This document shows, in pieces, positions 28,796 to 38,889 of a stretch of DNA of 64,000 bases; within the stretch, counting starts at the first letter, position 1, and every line of letters starts with the position of its first letter. The position numbers were made by a program, and so were the translations under genes. This DNA is from Nostoc sp. DedSLP01 (lineage in GTDB: Bacteria > Cyanobacteriota > Cyanobacteriia > Cyanobacteriales > Nostocaceae). Below the pieces are notes generated by a model that saw nothing but the letters and a program-made list of their open reading frames with translations, ran no database searches and had not been told where the DNA came from. The stretch is from assembly GCA_034530875.2 (NCBI GenBank), contig JAVRCJ020000008.1, positions 128,001 through 192,000 of the forward strand. The letters are read 5' to 3'.

Positions 28796-31700
28796 CTATC
28801 TTGTTAAGGTGAGAGTGCGGCGCTTAGTAACCATCTGGTAGGCTTCGATGATATCACCTTCAGCCCAGTCATTGAATTTATCAATGCCGACACCGCATTC
28901 ATAACCGGCGTTAACCTCGCGGGCATCTTCTTTCATCCGTTTTAGGGAGTCAAGCACGCCTTCATAGATTACTTTACCGCTGCGTCGCACCCGCACTTTA
29001 CAGTTGCGAATCAGCTTGCCAGATTGAACGTAGCAACCGGCAACCGCACCACGACCGACAGGGAAGACGGCGCGGACTTCGGTTTGACCCAAGGCTTCTT
29101 CCACCAACTCTGGTTCGAGAAGTCCTTCCAAAGCATCTTGAATATCTTCAAGTAGTTTGTAGATGACGTTGTATTCGCGAACATCTACCCCCGCTTCATC
29201 AGCAGCTTGTCTGGCACCACTAGCAAAGGTGGTGTTGAAGCCAATAATTACAGCGTTACTAGCAGATGCTAAGTCGATATCTGTCTCGGTAATTTCGCCA
29301 GCAGTAGCCAATAGCATCCGGATTTGGACTTCGTTTTGCGGGATTTGCTTGAGCGCTCCCACAATGGCTTCTACTGAACCTTGTACGTCTCCCTTCAAGA
29401 TCAAGTTGAGTTCTTTCAACTCGCCTTCTTGTGCTTGAGCTGAGAGGGTTGTAAGGGTGACGCGTCCTTGCAGCAGCCGCGATAGGCGTTGTTTGTCGGC
29501 GCGATCGCTTGCTAGGTTTCTGGCTTCTTTTTCGTTCTCGAAAACCTCGAACTCGTCGCCTGCCGCTGGGACATCACTTAACCCCAGCACCTCAACCGCA
29601 AAGGATGGAGAAGCAACTTCAACTCTTGCGCCTCTGTCGTTAACCATTGCCCGCACTTTACCAAAGGCGGAGCCAGCCACGAGCATATCTCCGACATGCA
29701 AAGTACCATTCTGAATGAGCAAGGTAGCAACTGCTCCCTTGGCTTTATCGAGATGTGCTTCGATGACAGTTCCTCTAGCAGCACGGTCTGGGTTGGCGGA
29801 TAGTTCTGCTACTTCTGCGACCAAGAGAATCATCTCTAAGAGCGTATCTAGGTTTTCACCTTTAATAGCGCTCACTGGCACCATGATTGTGTCACCGCCC
29901 CATTCTTCTGCTGTCAACCCGTACTGGGTGAGTTCTTGTTTCACCCGGTCTGGCTGTGCAGCTTCTTTATCAATTTTGTTAATGGCGACGACAATTGGCA
30001 CTCCTGCTGCTTGGGCGTGGCTAATGGCTTCAATGGTTTGGGGACGAACGCCATCATCGGCAGCTACTACTAACACAGCAATATCTGTTACGCGCGCTCC
30101 TCGGGCCCGCATAGCTGTAAAGGCTTCGTGACCGGGAGTGTCTAGGAAAACTATCTGCTGTGGTTTGCCTTCGTGTACCACGTCCACATGATATGCACCG
30201 ATGTGTTGTGTAATACCACCAGCTTCGCCAGCAGCGACTTTGGTTTTACGAATCGAGTCGAGCAGAGTTGTTTTACCGTGGTCTACGTGACCCATAATTG
30301 TCACCACTGGCGGACGCCGATGGAGATTTTCTAGGTCTTCGGCGCTGACCATTTCCGTAACCTTCCGAGCTTCTGCTTCTGGTTCGGCGGTTTCAACTTC
30401 TACTTCTAGTTCTTTTGCTACCAGGGTAATTGTCGGAATATCAAGATTTTGAGTGATGCTCACTGCCATGCCTTTCAGGAACAGGATTTTCACAATCTCT
30501 GTATCGGCAACAACGAGGAGGTCAGCCAATTCTTGGACGGTCATTGGCCCTGTGACTATGACTTTTTCCGGACGTTCGCGCTTGGTTTCTACTTCTTGGC
30601 GACGGTTTTGGTCGCGGTTGGAAGTAGATTTTTTATTTCTTGCTGTTGGTGCAGCAGCTAAAGCGGCAGCTGGAGCTTGTGCTGGTCTTGCTGCTTTGGG
30701 TTTGGGAGGACGGGCGATGGAAAGACTAACTTGGACGGTAGCTGGTGAGTCTAGATCGTCATCATCGAGCAAATCGTCTTCAAATTCGTCATCATCCAAG
30801 AGTATTGGCTTGTTCCGCTTGCCTTTTACGCCAGCTTTACCTGCTTTCTCTTTAACTTCGTCAATGATTTCTTCTTCTATCCACTTTTTACCGCCTTTGG
30901 CTGGTCGAGGTGGAGTTGGACGTTTTAAATCCAGGAGATCGGGTGCGATTGGCTCGTCACCTAGTACCTCGGTTTTCGCCGCTGTTGCTGACAGATGCCT
31001 TGGTGGAGTAGCGATAGGCATTGCTGCGGCTACGGCTTCACCAGGACGTGCGGGCCGGGGTCGTTGCCCGTCTCCAATAGGTGATGGTGCTGATGGCCTA
31101 CTCCCTCTTTGCTCCGGTTTAACGGGTGAAGGGGTGGGACGAGGCTGCTTTTGTGGTGCACCTTGTGGGTTTTGGTCAGCTGGCAGTTTAGCGACTTTGG
31201 GCTTAATTGGACGATCGCGATCGCCTTCTGTCGGCTGTGGACGTTCGCGTTTGAGGATCGGCCTGTCTGTCGGAGGTTGCTGCTCGGTAACTTGTGGTTG
31301 TTCCGCCGCAGGTCTTGCTGGTGGCGCAACTAATTGCGGTTTTTGAGGTTTTTCCGTCTTGGGTCTGGGCCCAATAACTTTTTCCGGTTTTTGAGCAACT
31401 GTTTTTTCCTGTGGCGGATTTTGATTGGGTGTTGGTTCCAAGTCTTTAACAGCAGGCGGTTGCTCTGGGGTCTCAGATTGATTCCGGGGTACAGGTCGAG
31501 TTGGTGCCGTCGGCTTCATGGGTGAGACTGGTGTAGCGAAAGGCCGTGGAGGTGATGGAGGATTAGCTTCAGACAATGCAGCTTGGGTATTGGTAGCAAC
31601 TGACGCCTCTTGGGCGTTGGGGGTATTATTTCTCAATATTTTGGGTTTGCGTATTTCCAAAATTTGCTGTTTGTGAGGTGCAGCAGGTCGGTTACGTCCG

Positions 31701-31933
31701 CCGTTGGGTAATGAATTTGATTTATGGCTGGTTGTACCTAGTTCCTTCTTTGGCGTCACAGTAGCTGCGTGTTTTTCCGCAGCAGTGCGAATCTGTTCTG
31801 CCTCGGATTCTGAAATTGTGCTGCTATGACTTTTGACCGCGATGTTGAGCTGGTCGCAAATTGCTAATAGCTCTTTGTTATCCAAATTCAATTCCTTTGA
31901 TAATTCATAGATTCTTACTTTGCCGTTGTTCAT
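28796..31933 (-). CDS. infB: Translation initiation factor IF-2
   Basis: [12 protein letters not shown]-domain, Pro-rich linker, [32 protein letters not shown]. Confidence 0.99.
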   Translation of the reverse strand: MNNGKVRIYELSKELNLDNKELLAICDQLNIAVKSHSSTISESEAEQIRTAAEKHAATVTPKKELGTTSHKSNSLPNGGRNRPAAPHKQQILEIRKPKILRNNTPNAQEASVATNTQAALSEANPPSPPRPFATPVSPMKPTAPTRPVPRNQSETPEQPPAVKDLEPTPNQNPPQEKTVAQKPEKVIGPRPKTEKPQKPQLVAPPARPAAEQPQVTEQQPPTDRPILKRERPQPTEGDRDRPIKPKVAKLPADQNPQGAPQKQPRPTPSPVKPEQRGSRPSAPSPIGDGQRPRPARPGEAVAAAMPIATPPRHLSATAAKTEVLGDEPIAPDLLDLKRPTPPRPAKGGKKWIEEEIIDEVKEKAGKAGVKGKRNKPILLDDDEFEDDLLDDDDLDSPATVQVSLSIARPPKPKAARPAQAPAAALAAAPTARNKKSTSNRDQNRRQEVETKRERPEKVIVTGPMTVQELADLLVVADTEIVKILFLKGMAVSITQNLDIPTITLVAKELEVEVETAEPEAEARKVTEMVSAEDLENLHRRPPVVTIMGHVDHGKTTLLDSIRKTKVAAGEAGGITQHIGAYHVDVVHEGKPQQIVFLDTPGHEAFTAMRARGARVTDIAVLVVAADDGVRPQTIEAISHAQAAGVPIVVAINKIDKEAAQPDRVKQELTQYGLTAEEWGGDTIMVPVSAIKGENLDTLLEMILLVAEVAELSANPDRAARGTVIEAHLDKAKGAVATLLIQNGTLHVGDMLVAGSAFGKVRAMVNDRGARVEVASPSFAVEVLGLSDVPAAGDEFEVFENEKEARNLASDRADKQRLSRLLQGRVTLTTLSAQAQEGELKELNLILKGDVQGSVEAIVGALKQIPQNEVQIRMLLATAGEITETDIDLASASNAVIIGFNTTFASGARQAADEAGVDVREYNVIYKLLEDIQDALEGLLEPELVEEALGQTEVRAVFPVGRGAVAGCYVQSGKLIRNCKVRVRRSGKVIYEGVLDSLKRMKEDAREVNAGYECGVGIDKFNDWAEGDIIEAYQMVTKRRTLTLTR

Positions 31934-32323
31934 CCACTCTTCCCCTTTAATTTACAGTTTTAGCGGATGGCTGCCTGGGAGTGCGACATCTCCATCCTTC
32001 GATCACTGTTTTTAGGTTGCCCTTGGTAATTTTGCCGGTGCCTCCAATCAGGAAAGAGAGATGTTTCGGTTTAATGGCATCCCCACCAGGAATGATGGTT
32101 GAGAGATGCCCATAAAAATTTTTTAAATAAAAGATTTTTATGGTCACCCTTGACGCCGAACTGCGCCTGAGCGCTACCAGGTTGCCATTTTGTAGTTTTT
32201 TGGTTTGCTGATTCTGAGTCTTCCACAACACAATCGAGTACATTTTGTTCTGGGAGTCTTGCCCAGCCCTTCTTTATTATGGAAGAGCCGAATGCTTTCT
32301 ACACCCATCTACTATTTTGGCAC
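31934..32323 (-). promoter_or_regulatory. Long structured leader of infB with a candidate extended -10
   Basis: GTGCCAAAATA at 32313-32323; hairpins at 32110-32143, 32076-32110 and 31965-31997. Confidence 0.45.
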
Positions 32324-32416
32324 TAACCCTCACGTTCGACAGCGGATGTGAAAAAAGCGCGACTAGTTCGGCTTTGGCACAATGTTTCTGCTGATGACGC
32401 TACTAAGTTGTTCCAA

Positions 32417-32689
32417 CTAATAAATTTGATTTTGGGTATTACTGGCGGCTAGACGTTGCGACAAGCTTTGATACAGTGTTTCTGGCACTGATGCATGTAG
32501 CGATCGCCCTAGTCGATTTTTCTTTTGAGCTGCTTGTAAGCAACTCGCTTGCGGACAAATATAGGCAGAACGCCCCATGCCCCGATCTAATTGTACCGTT
32601 CCCGAAGGAAAGACGCGTACAATCCGCCAAAACTCTTCTTTTAAACCTAGTTTGCGGCAGCTAATACAGCGCCGATAATTTGGTTTCAT
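32417..32689 (-). CDS. ylxR: YlxR/DUF448 family RNA-binding protein
   Basis: RRCISCR, GMGRSAYICP...C, located between nusA and infB. Confidence 0.92.
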   Translation of the reverse strand: MKPNYRRCISCRKLGLKEEFWRIVRVFPSGTVQLDRGMGRSAYICPQASCLQAAQKKNRLGRSLHASVPETLYQSLSQRLAASNTQNQIY

Positions 32690-32838
32690 GGGTTTTGCTT
32701 GGATCTCAGCTCAGCATTTTGGGTGTAGAAAAAAGTTCCTGATGACTATTTTTTAGTTATACCAACTCATCTTGACGAAAAAAATCCTTGAGATTGTGGT
32801 TAAGATCGACAGTAACAAAATTTTACAATTTTAATAAT

Positions 32839-34131
32839 TTATTCATCATCCTCAGCATCAAAATTATCATCATCTAATTCTTCCAATTCGTCTCGATCTT
32901 CGGCTTCTAATTCCTCAAAATCAAGATCGTCTTCTTCTTCCTCTTGCTCTGATTGATATTTGGCTCTAGAAGCTAGAAATTTCGCATCTTCTCCAGCATG
33001 GTCATACTTAGCTTTGTCTTTGATGTCAATTTTCCAGCCTGTCAACCGGGCTGCCAAACGGACATTTTGTCCTTCTTTGCCAATGGCCAAACTGAGTTGA
33101 TCTTCAGCTACTAGTACGTGAGTTTGGCGAGTTTCTGGATCCATAAGTCGGACTTCATCTACTCGTGCTGGACTCAAGGCATTGGCAATATATGTTGCTG
33201 GGTCTGGCGACCAACGAATTACATCTATTTTTTCACCGCGTAATTCGTTGACTACTACTTGAATTCGCGAACCCCTAGCTCCGATACATGCACCAACTGG
33301 GTCTACATCGCGATCGAGAGTATCTACTGCTATTTTAGTCCGGGGGCCTACATAACGGGATGGGGGGTTTGCCTCCCTTGCTACGGCAACAATCCGTACT
33401 ACTTCATCTTCGATTTCTGGTACTTCATTGGCAAACAGATAAACTACCAAACCAGCATCGGCTCTCGATACTAGTAACTGTGGTCCCCGCTGCTGACCTT
33501 GGGAAACTTTTTTGAGATATACCTTGAAAGTGGCATTAGCTCGATAGTTATCATTGGGCAGCTGTTCCCGCTTTGGTAATTCGGCTTCCACTTCTGGCTG
33601 ACCAAAGCCACTGCTAACTGCCAAAATTACTGATTGACGTTCAAACCGCAGCACTCTTGCTTGCAGGACGGTTCCTTCTAAGTCTTGAAACTCTTCTTGC
33701 ACCATCTGGCGCTGCTGATCCCGGAGTTTTTGCGCTAGTACTTGCTTGGTCTGCATAGCTGCCATGCGACCGAATTCTCCTTGGTCTGGTGTCACATCTA
33801 ACACCACTGAGTCGCCTAATTGGGCCTCGGGAGCTACTAGTTGAACTTCGTCTAAAGAAATTTGATGATCGCTATTGCTGACTTCTTCGACGATAGTTTT
33901 AGTGGAAAGAACGCGAAATCCTTCTCCTTCAATATCCAGTTCTACTTCAAAATTATCAAAATAATCTTCGTCGAACTGCTTGCGTTCTAAATTTTGGGCG
34001 CGACGGTAACGTTCGTAGCCTTTAAGTAGTGCTTCTCTAATAGCTGATTGAACTGCAAGACGAGGTAAATTACGCTCGCGACTGATACTTTCAATTAATT
34101 CTTTTAATCCACTTAAAGTAACCATTGACAT
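32839..34131 (-). CDS. nusA: Transcription termination/antitermination factor NusA
   Basis: FGRMAAMQTKQV, DPVGACIGARGSRI, LSLAIGKEGQNVRLAARLTGWKIDI; ATG at 34131. Confidence 0.99.
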   Translation of the reverse strand: MSMVTLSGLKELIESISRERNLPRLAVQSAIREALLKGYERYRRAQNLERKQFDEDYFDNFEVELDIEGEGFRVLSTKTIVEEVSNSDHQISLDEVQLVAPEAQLGDSVVLDVTPDQGEFGRMAAMQTKQVLAQKLRDQQRQMVQEEFQDLEGTVLQARVLRFERQSVILAVSSGFGQPEVEAELPKREQLPNDNYRANATFKVYLKKVSQGQQRGPQLLVSRADAGLVVYLFANEVPEIEDEVVRIVAVAREANPPSRYVGPRTKIAVDTLDRDVDPVGACIGARGSRIQVVVNELRGEKIDVIRWSPDPATYIANALSPARVDEVRLMDPETRQTHVLVAEDQLSLAIGKEGQNVRLAARLTGWKIDIKDKAKYDHAGEDAKFLASRAKYQSEQEEEEDDLDFEELEAEDRDELEELDDDNFDAEDDE

Positions 34132-34150
34132 AAGCAATCTCCTTGAAAAT

Positions 34151-34362
34151 TAGGGACTAGGGATTGGGGACTGGGGCATGGGACATGGGGCATGGGACAT
34201 GGGGCATGGGGCACGGACAGAGACATAGGGGTACAGGGGAAAGATTGACTGCAACTTTCCCTCTGCTCCTGAAGCCTTTTTGCTGCTGAAGCTCCCCCAG
34301 TCCCTAGTCCCTAGTCTCCAGTACCGAGTCTCCAGTACCTAATCCCTAGCATCTAGTCACTC
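34151..34362. repeat. STRR heptamer arrays in inverted arrangement between rimP and nusA
   Basis: (GGGACTA/GGGGCAT/GGGACAT)n ... (CCCTAGT/CTCCAGT)n. Confidence 0.85.
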
Positions 34363-34364
34363 AT

Positions 34365-34826
34365 TTATCGGCGCTCATCTAGCTGCACCCTAGTAATTAG
34401 CGAGCGCTGAATTTCAACTACACGACCTTTTTGGTTTAAGTAAACTGCTGTTTCATCCCGGCGAATCAACTGGCCAGTCCACTCTTGTTGTCCCTCGTAG
34501 GGTGGGGAAGTGGAGACAATGACAGGAAATCCTTTAAAGGAAATAAATTCCCTGTCGGTGACCAATTGCCGCGAAATACCAGGACTGGACACTTCCAAGA
34601 CATAAGCATCTGGAAAGATTTCCGCAGCATCTAAGGAGGTTTCTAAAGCACGGCTCATCCTCTCACAATCATTTAAGCCAGTGTCTTCCTGAGGATTACG
34701 GATGTCTACCCGCAAAACTGGTGGACTTTGGTTAGTGTGAAAAACTACACCAACTAATTCCAATCCCAATTCTTCTGCCACTGGTGTTGCCAAATCAATA
34801 ATTTTTGGTACTAAGGGATGAGCCAT
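34365..34826 (-). CDS. rimP: Ribosome maturation factor RimP
   Basis: MAHPLVP start at 34826, [23 protein letters not shown]. Confidence 0.97.
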   Translation of the reverse strand: MAHPLVPKIIDLATPVAEELGLELVGVVFHTNQSPPVLRVDIRNPQEDTGLNDCERMSRALETSLDAAEIFPDAYVLEVSSPGISRQLVTDREFISFKGFPVIVSTSPPYEGQQEWTGQLIRRDETAVYLNQKGRVVEIQRSLITRVQLDERR

Positions 34827-34837
34827 GAGAAAATTCA

Positions 34838-34866
34838 ATAAAAAAAGTGGGCTTTGACCCACTTCC
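34838..34866 (-). promoter_or_regulatory. rimP leader attenuator hairpin
   Basis: Minus strand AAGTGGG-TCAAAG-CCCACTT followed by a U-tract, ending about 12 nt before the rimP ATG. Confidence 0.7.
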
Positions 34867-34968
34867 TGCGATAGGGATATCTTCCAAGAAGTCTTGTGAC
34901 AAACCAATGGTGGTTTGTCCTAATTCGAGTTTAGCGCATTTCTTTTATAGTGGGGCATTGGCCAAACA

Positions 34969-35062
34969 GGGAGTGTGGGAGGTGTGGGGAGATGGGGAAG
35001 AAATCTTTCCCCCCACACTCCCCATCTCCCCATCTCCCCATCTCCCCATCTCCTCATCTCTA
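34969..35062 (+). repeat. Composite STRR element, copy 1 (core GAAGAAATCTTTCCCC)
   Basis: G-rich arm, core at 34997-35010, then CCCCACACT/CCCCATCT arm. Confidence 0.85.
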
Positions 35063-36502
35063 TCATCTCCCTGGAAGAGTAGTGCTTTTATCGATGACTG
35101 CTGGAACTGATACCTGCGTTCTTAGTTGCCTGGTTTGCTCGATAATTTGGTCGATATCTTCTTGGGATAGACGCTGGACGTAGTTGAGTTTGATTTCTTC
35201 TAAGAAGTCAAAAAGTAAACTTTCAATCTGTGTCAGCAAATGTTTTTCTTTGATTTGTCCTGTCAAGGCATCGCTGAAACTTTGTACTAGTTGGCTGGCG
35301 AGTTTTGCGCCAACAGGGTCTTCAACAGCGCTAACTACAGTTTTGTAAAGGTTGGTTGTGATTTGGGTTGCTAGTTGTTCGCTGAACTGGGTTTGGGCTT
35401 GTCCAACACCGGGCAGACTTTGGAGATTGCGGTAGATGGGAACTTGAAGGATGACGGTATCGATGTTGTGACGCAAAATGGCAACGATCGCAGGCTCGAT
35501 TTCCGGTAGCACTTGATAGACAATTGTTTTGACTAAAAGACCTGCGATCGCTTCTATCTCGTTGACATTATTAATATCTATATAAGAGCGCACATTTTCT
35601 TGTTGCGACAGCCATCGGACTATTTCACCCCGCTTAATTGAACCTTGAACCTGGTTAATTACTCTCACCACTACAATTTCTGTTAGTTCTTCAGCAAAAT
35701 TGGCGACGATTCCCTGATTAATTTGTCGGCGTACTGTATACAAACTTAATATCTGTGCTTGGTCGAGGCGAACTAATACGGGTATGATTCGGAACCATTG
35801 CCAAAATGGTAATAATAAAAACAGGTCGTACCAACGCCATAAAAGTGCTTCTAACCAGCCCAAACCAGGATGTCGGCGTTTGATTAAGAAAGTACGCCCG
35901 AGCAATTCTAGGGCAAATAAAGCTATAAAAGCTGAGTCAATAATCAAGAAATTATCCATAAATTCGCCACTTTCCCCAATTCGACGGTAGTAGTTGGTGG
36001 CAATCAAAGGGCGGATTCTCTGGTTGAAAAAATTAATTTCTTTGGCCCAGCCGTTTTGGGTTAAGTATGGTTGACTCCAAAAAATGGCAAAGGATTCTTT
36101 TGCCGATTCTTTGTTGATGCGATCGCGCATCCGATTTTTGATTTTTTCTAAGGTACCACTCTTATTGGCTCCCGCAAATGGGTTGGTATCAATCATCTCC
36201 TTGCTCAGACGATTGATTTCTTCTAAAGAGCTTTTGACTTCAGGCGATTGTAACCCTGTTTGGTTGACTTGTTCTTGTAATGCGTCTAGCGTTTCCAGAT
36301 ACTTTTTGGTGTCTCGATGCGGCTCTATACCTTTAATTGGGTCATAAATTTGCACAATTTGGGGAAGTTTTTGTAAGTACCAATCGCGCCAAGATACGTA
36401 ACTTAAATCAAACAAAACTAAACACAAATTCACTGTGGCGATCGCGGCCATCAGTCTTTCAAACACAAGATTCCGCGGCTGAAAATTATTTATACTTTTC
36501 AT
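35063..36502 (-). CDS. Conserved membrane protein with ion-transporter/voltage-sensor-like TM segments
   Basis: TM1 near N-terminus, long loop, then FIALFALELLGR / WYDLFLLLP / WFRIIPVLVRL and a long helical C-terminus. Confidence 0.7.
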   Translation of the reverse strand: MKSINNFQPRNLVFERLMAAIATVNLCLVLFDLSYVSWRDWYLQKLPQIVQIYDPIKGIEPHRDTKKYLETLDALQEQVNQTGLQSPEVKSSLEEINRLSKEMIDTNPFAGANKSGTLEKIKNRMRDRINKESAKESFAIFWSQPYLTQNGWAKEINFFNQRIRPLIATNYYRRIGESGEFMDNFLIIDSAFIALFALELLGRTFLIKRRHPGLGWLEALLWRWYDLFLLLPFWQWFRIIPVLVRLDQAQILSLYTVRRQINQGIVANFAEELTEIVVVRVINQVQGSIKRGEIVRWLSQQENVRSYIDINNVNEIEAIAGLLVKTIVYQVLPEIEPAIVAILRHNIDTVILQVPIYRNLQSLPGVGQAQTQFSEQLATQITTNLYKTVVSAVEDPVGAKLASQLVQSFSDALTGQIKEKHLLTQIESLLFDFLEEIKLNYVQRLSQEDIDQIIEQTRQLRTQVSVPAVIDKSTTLPGR

Positions 36503-36781
36503 TTTTTTGTTTAAAGTTATACATTTTCCCTGATTTTTAACATTAACTCTCTGAATTATTAACTACCAGGTTTCAATCGTAAATTACCTTTCGCTACTAT
36601 AAGATACTCCTTGTGGTGGATGACACAAATTAGTATTTGTAATTCAAGTTAAGTTTGACAAATATAAATTAAAAATTTTTCAAAAATAATTAAATAATCG
36701 CGAAAAAAGTTATTAAAGAAACTTAAAATGCAGCTGTTAACCTCTATAATCCTGCTGATTTAACCCGAAGGAGTTTTCATT

Positions 36782-37441
36782 ATGTGGTGTGGGTTTGGAA
36801 AATCAAGCGCGACTTTTGCTGCTACCTGCTTGTTAACTGCTAGCATAGTAGTTGTAGACACAGGTTTTGCAGCTCCTCAACGTAGTTATACGCCACAGCA
36901 ATTTCGGGCTGTGTTGCGGGGATTAGGCTACAACGTCAAGGTAGTAAATACGCCATTGACAGACGAAGAAACTAAAAAAGCAATTCGTGAATTTCAAACT
37001 GGGTATAGGCTAAAACCAGTGGATGGGATAGCAGGGCCAAAAACGCAAGAATTTGCTGCTAACATCATTAGAATTTTGCAAGGAAATTTGAACACCGTGG
37101 TGAAGCCGAATCCTCCGCTTCCCCGCGATCGCTTTTATGGCCCTCAAACCGAAGCAGCGGTGAAGGAATACCAAAAGAAAAATCAGTTGCAAGAAACTGG
37201 AATTGCTAATTTAGCACTCCGGCAAAAGCTGGATGCAGAAGCAAAGGCACTTGCAGGTCAGTCTGCTCCTAAGCCATCACCAACAGCTAAACCAACAGCT
37301 AAACCAACCCCTACACCGAGAACTGCGCCGACACCTACGCCAACTCCCACATCAACTGCTACGCCATCACCGACGCCAACGGCTACACCGACGGCTACAC
37401 CAACTGCTACGCCATCACCGACACCGACGACTACACCTTAA
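36782..37441 (+). CDS. Secreted peptidoglycan-binding domain protein with Pro/Thr-rich tail
   Basis: Signal peptide; two PG_binding_1-like units (TKKAIREFQ...VDGIAGPKT; YGPQTEAAVKEYQ...TGIA); PT repeats; GGAG RBS. Confidence 0.88.
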   Translation: MWCGFGKSSATFAATCLLTASIVVVDTGFAAPQRSYTPQQFRAVLRGLGYNVKVVNTPLTDEETKKAIREFQTGYRLKPVDGIAGPKTQEFAANIIRILQGNLNTVVKPNPPLPRDRFYGPQTEAAVKEYQKKNQLQETGIANLALRQKLDAEAKALAGQSAPKPSPTAKPTAKPTPTPRTAPTPTPTPTSTATPSPTPTATPTATPTATPSPTPTTTP

Positions 37442-37559
37442 TTCTTACCTCAAAGCCTGAATTCAAGATTGCTTGTAGTTCTTAGTTTGTAACAGGTTCT
37501 ACACTACCCTTTCGGTAGGTGTAGGCTTCTCAATCGGTTAAGAGACTGCTTAAAAAAGT

Positions 37560-37603
37560 GGGGTAAAGGGGAAAAGCAAGATTTCTTGTTTTCCCTTTAC
37601 CCC
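37560..37603. terminator. Strong hairpin between convergent genes
   Basis: GGGGTAAAGGGGAAAAGCAAGA-TT-TCTTGTTTTCCCTTTACCCC. Confidence 0.65.
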
Positions 37604-37636
37604 TGTTCTTTCCTTTTTCGGCTCTTGCAAAAAGTT

Positions 37637-37723
37637 ATACCAATTAAAAAAGAATGCGACAGATACACAACTTCAAAACCTTGTGATATCTAGTTTTTTG
37701 AATTTTGAATTTTGAATTGGTAT
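37637..37723. mobile_element. Small MITE-like element
   Basis: Terminal inverted repeat ATACCAATT...AATTGGTAT with internal (TTTTGAA)3. Confidence 0.55.
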
Positions 37724-37749
37724 TACTTGCTTTGTCCTTGAATTCAGAA

Positions 37750-38640
37750 TTACGAATTACTGGGTTCTTCTAAAGGTCTACCTTTCGGTACAGGTAAAGC
37801 TGGACTACGGTCATTGTAAGGCATTGGAATGTACTGGACAGTGGGTCGCCCTCCTTGTGGCTGTGGGTACAAATCCATTAGGTCGTAAATAGAATGGGGC
37901 AGTCCAACGGTTATGGGCAGCCCCATTTCTGTTGCTTCTTCAACAGTGATGGGATAATCGTGGGTGACGCGCCCAGTTGTTAAGGCTTCGATAATTGATT
38001 CGATATTTTCTGGCTGAACTTTTTGTTTGGGTATAGTGTCCTTGAGCAGAGTCCGCACAAAGCGCTGTACTTGCTGTATTGCTTTGCGTGCCAGGTCAGC
38101 CATAATTAGGGTTTGGTCGTCAATCTCGCTGATCGGTTTATCATCAACTACTTTGAGGATGCTAGCTGCTGGGTAGTTACCGAGTTGGGGATCGACTGGT
38201 CCTAAAACGGCGTTGGCGTCCATCACAATTTCATCAGAAGCCAGAGCCAGCATTGTACCGCCACTCATAGCGTAGTGGGGTACGAAGACTGTGACTTTTG
38301 CTTGATGGCGAATTAATGCTCTAGCAATTTGTTCTGTAGCTAATACCAAACCCCCGGGAGTGTGCAAAATTAAGTCAATTGGTACATCTGGGGGAGTAAG
38401 GCGAATTGCCCGCAATATCTGTTCTGAGTCTTCGATGGTAATGTAGCGAGATAAAGGAATTCCCAGAAAGCTGATGGACTCTTGGCGGTGGATTAGCAAA
38501 ATCACCCGACTTTTACGTTGCTGCTGGAATTCTTGTAAAGCACGCAAGCGTCGATATTCTACTTGGCGTTTTTGCCAAAGGGGTTGCAAAGAAGTAAGAA
38601 GCAGAAAAATCCAGAATAAATCACCAATACCAAAGCCCAT
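37750..38640 (-). CDS. SDH family Clp-fold serine proteinase (DUF114)
   Basis: IHRQE, LHTPGGLV, AMSGGT, LGPVDPQ, THDYPI; ATG at 38640 (alternative 38655). Confidence 0.9.
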   Translation of the reverse strand: MGFGIGDLFWIFLLLTSLQPLWQKRQVEYRRLRALQEFQQQRKSRVILLIHRQESISFLGIPLSRYITIEDSEQILRAIRLTPPDVPIDLILHTPGGLVLATEQIARALIRHQAKVTVFVPHYAMSGGTMLALASDEIVMDANAVLGPVDPQLGNYPAASILKVVDDKPISEIDDQTLIMADLARKAIQQVQRFVRTLLKDTIPKQKVQPENIESIIEALTTGRVTHDYPITVEEATEMGLPITVGLPHSIYDLMDLYPQPQGGRPTVQYIPMPYNDRSPALPVPKGRPLEEPSNS

Positions 38641-38719
38641 AAGTTTATTTATCATTCAACAATAATGGTTGTCGCCATTATTGTGACAAGTTTTAGGCGA
38701 TCGCAATTCTATCGGAAGC

Positions 38720-38889
38720 TAGAAGAGGTAGGGGGATGGGGAGGTGGGGAGATGAGGAGATGGGGAAGTGTGGGGAGTGTGGGGAGATGAGAAGATGGGG
38801 AAGTGTGGGGAGTGTGGGGGGAAAGATTTCTTCCCCATCCTCCCACACCTCCCTCTCCTCCCACACCTCCCACACCTCCCTCTCCTCCT
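38720..38889 (-). repeat. Composite STRR element, copy 2
   Basis: Core GGAAAGATTTCTTC at 38820-38833, abutting the kinase stop codon. Confidence 0.85.

Noticed and set aside
30453..31346. 297-aa plus-strand ORF
   Set aside because: Antisense shadow of the Pro-rich IF-2 linker with no recognisable motifs
31947..32243. 98-aa ORF in the ylxR-infB gap
   Set aside because: No recognisable motif or clear RBS; hairpin content favours a non-coding leader, although a leader peptide is not excluded
37270..37437. Pro/Thr coding repeat as a contingency locus
   Set aside because: Codon-degenerate in-frame linker typical of cell-wall proteins
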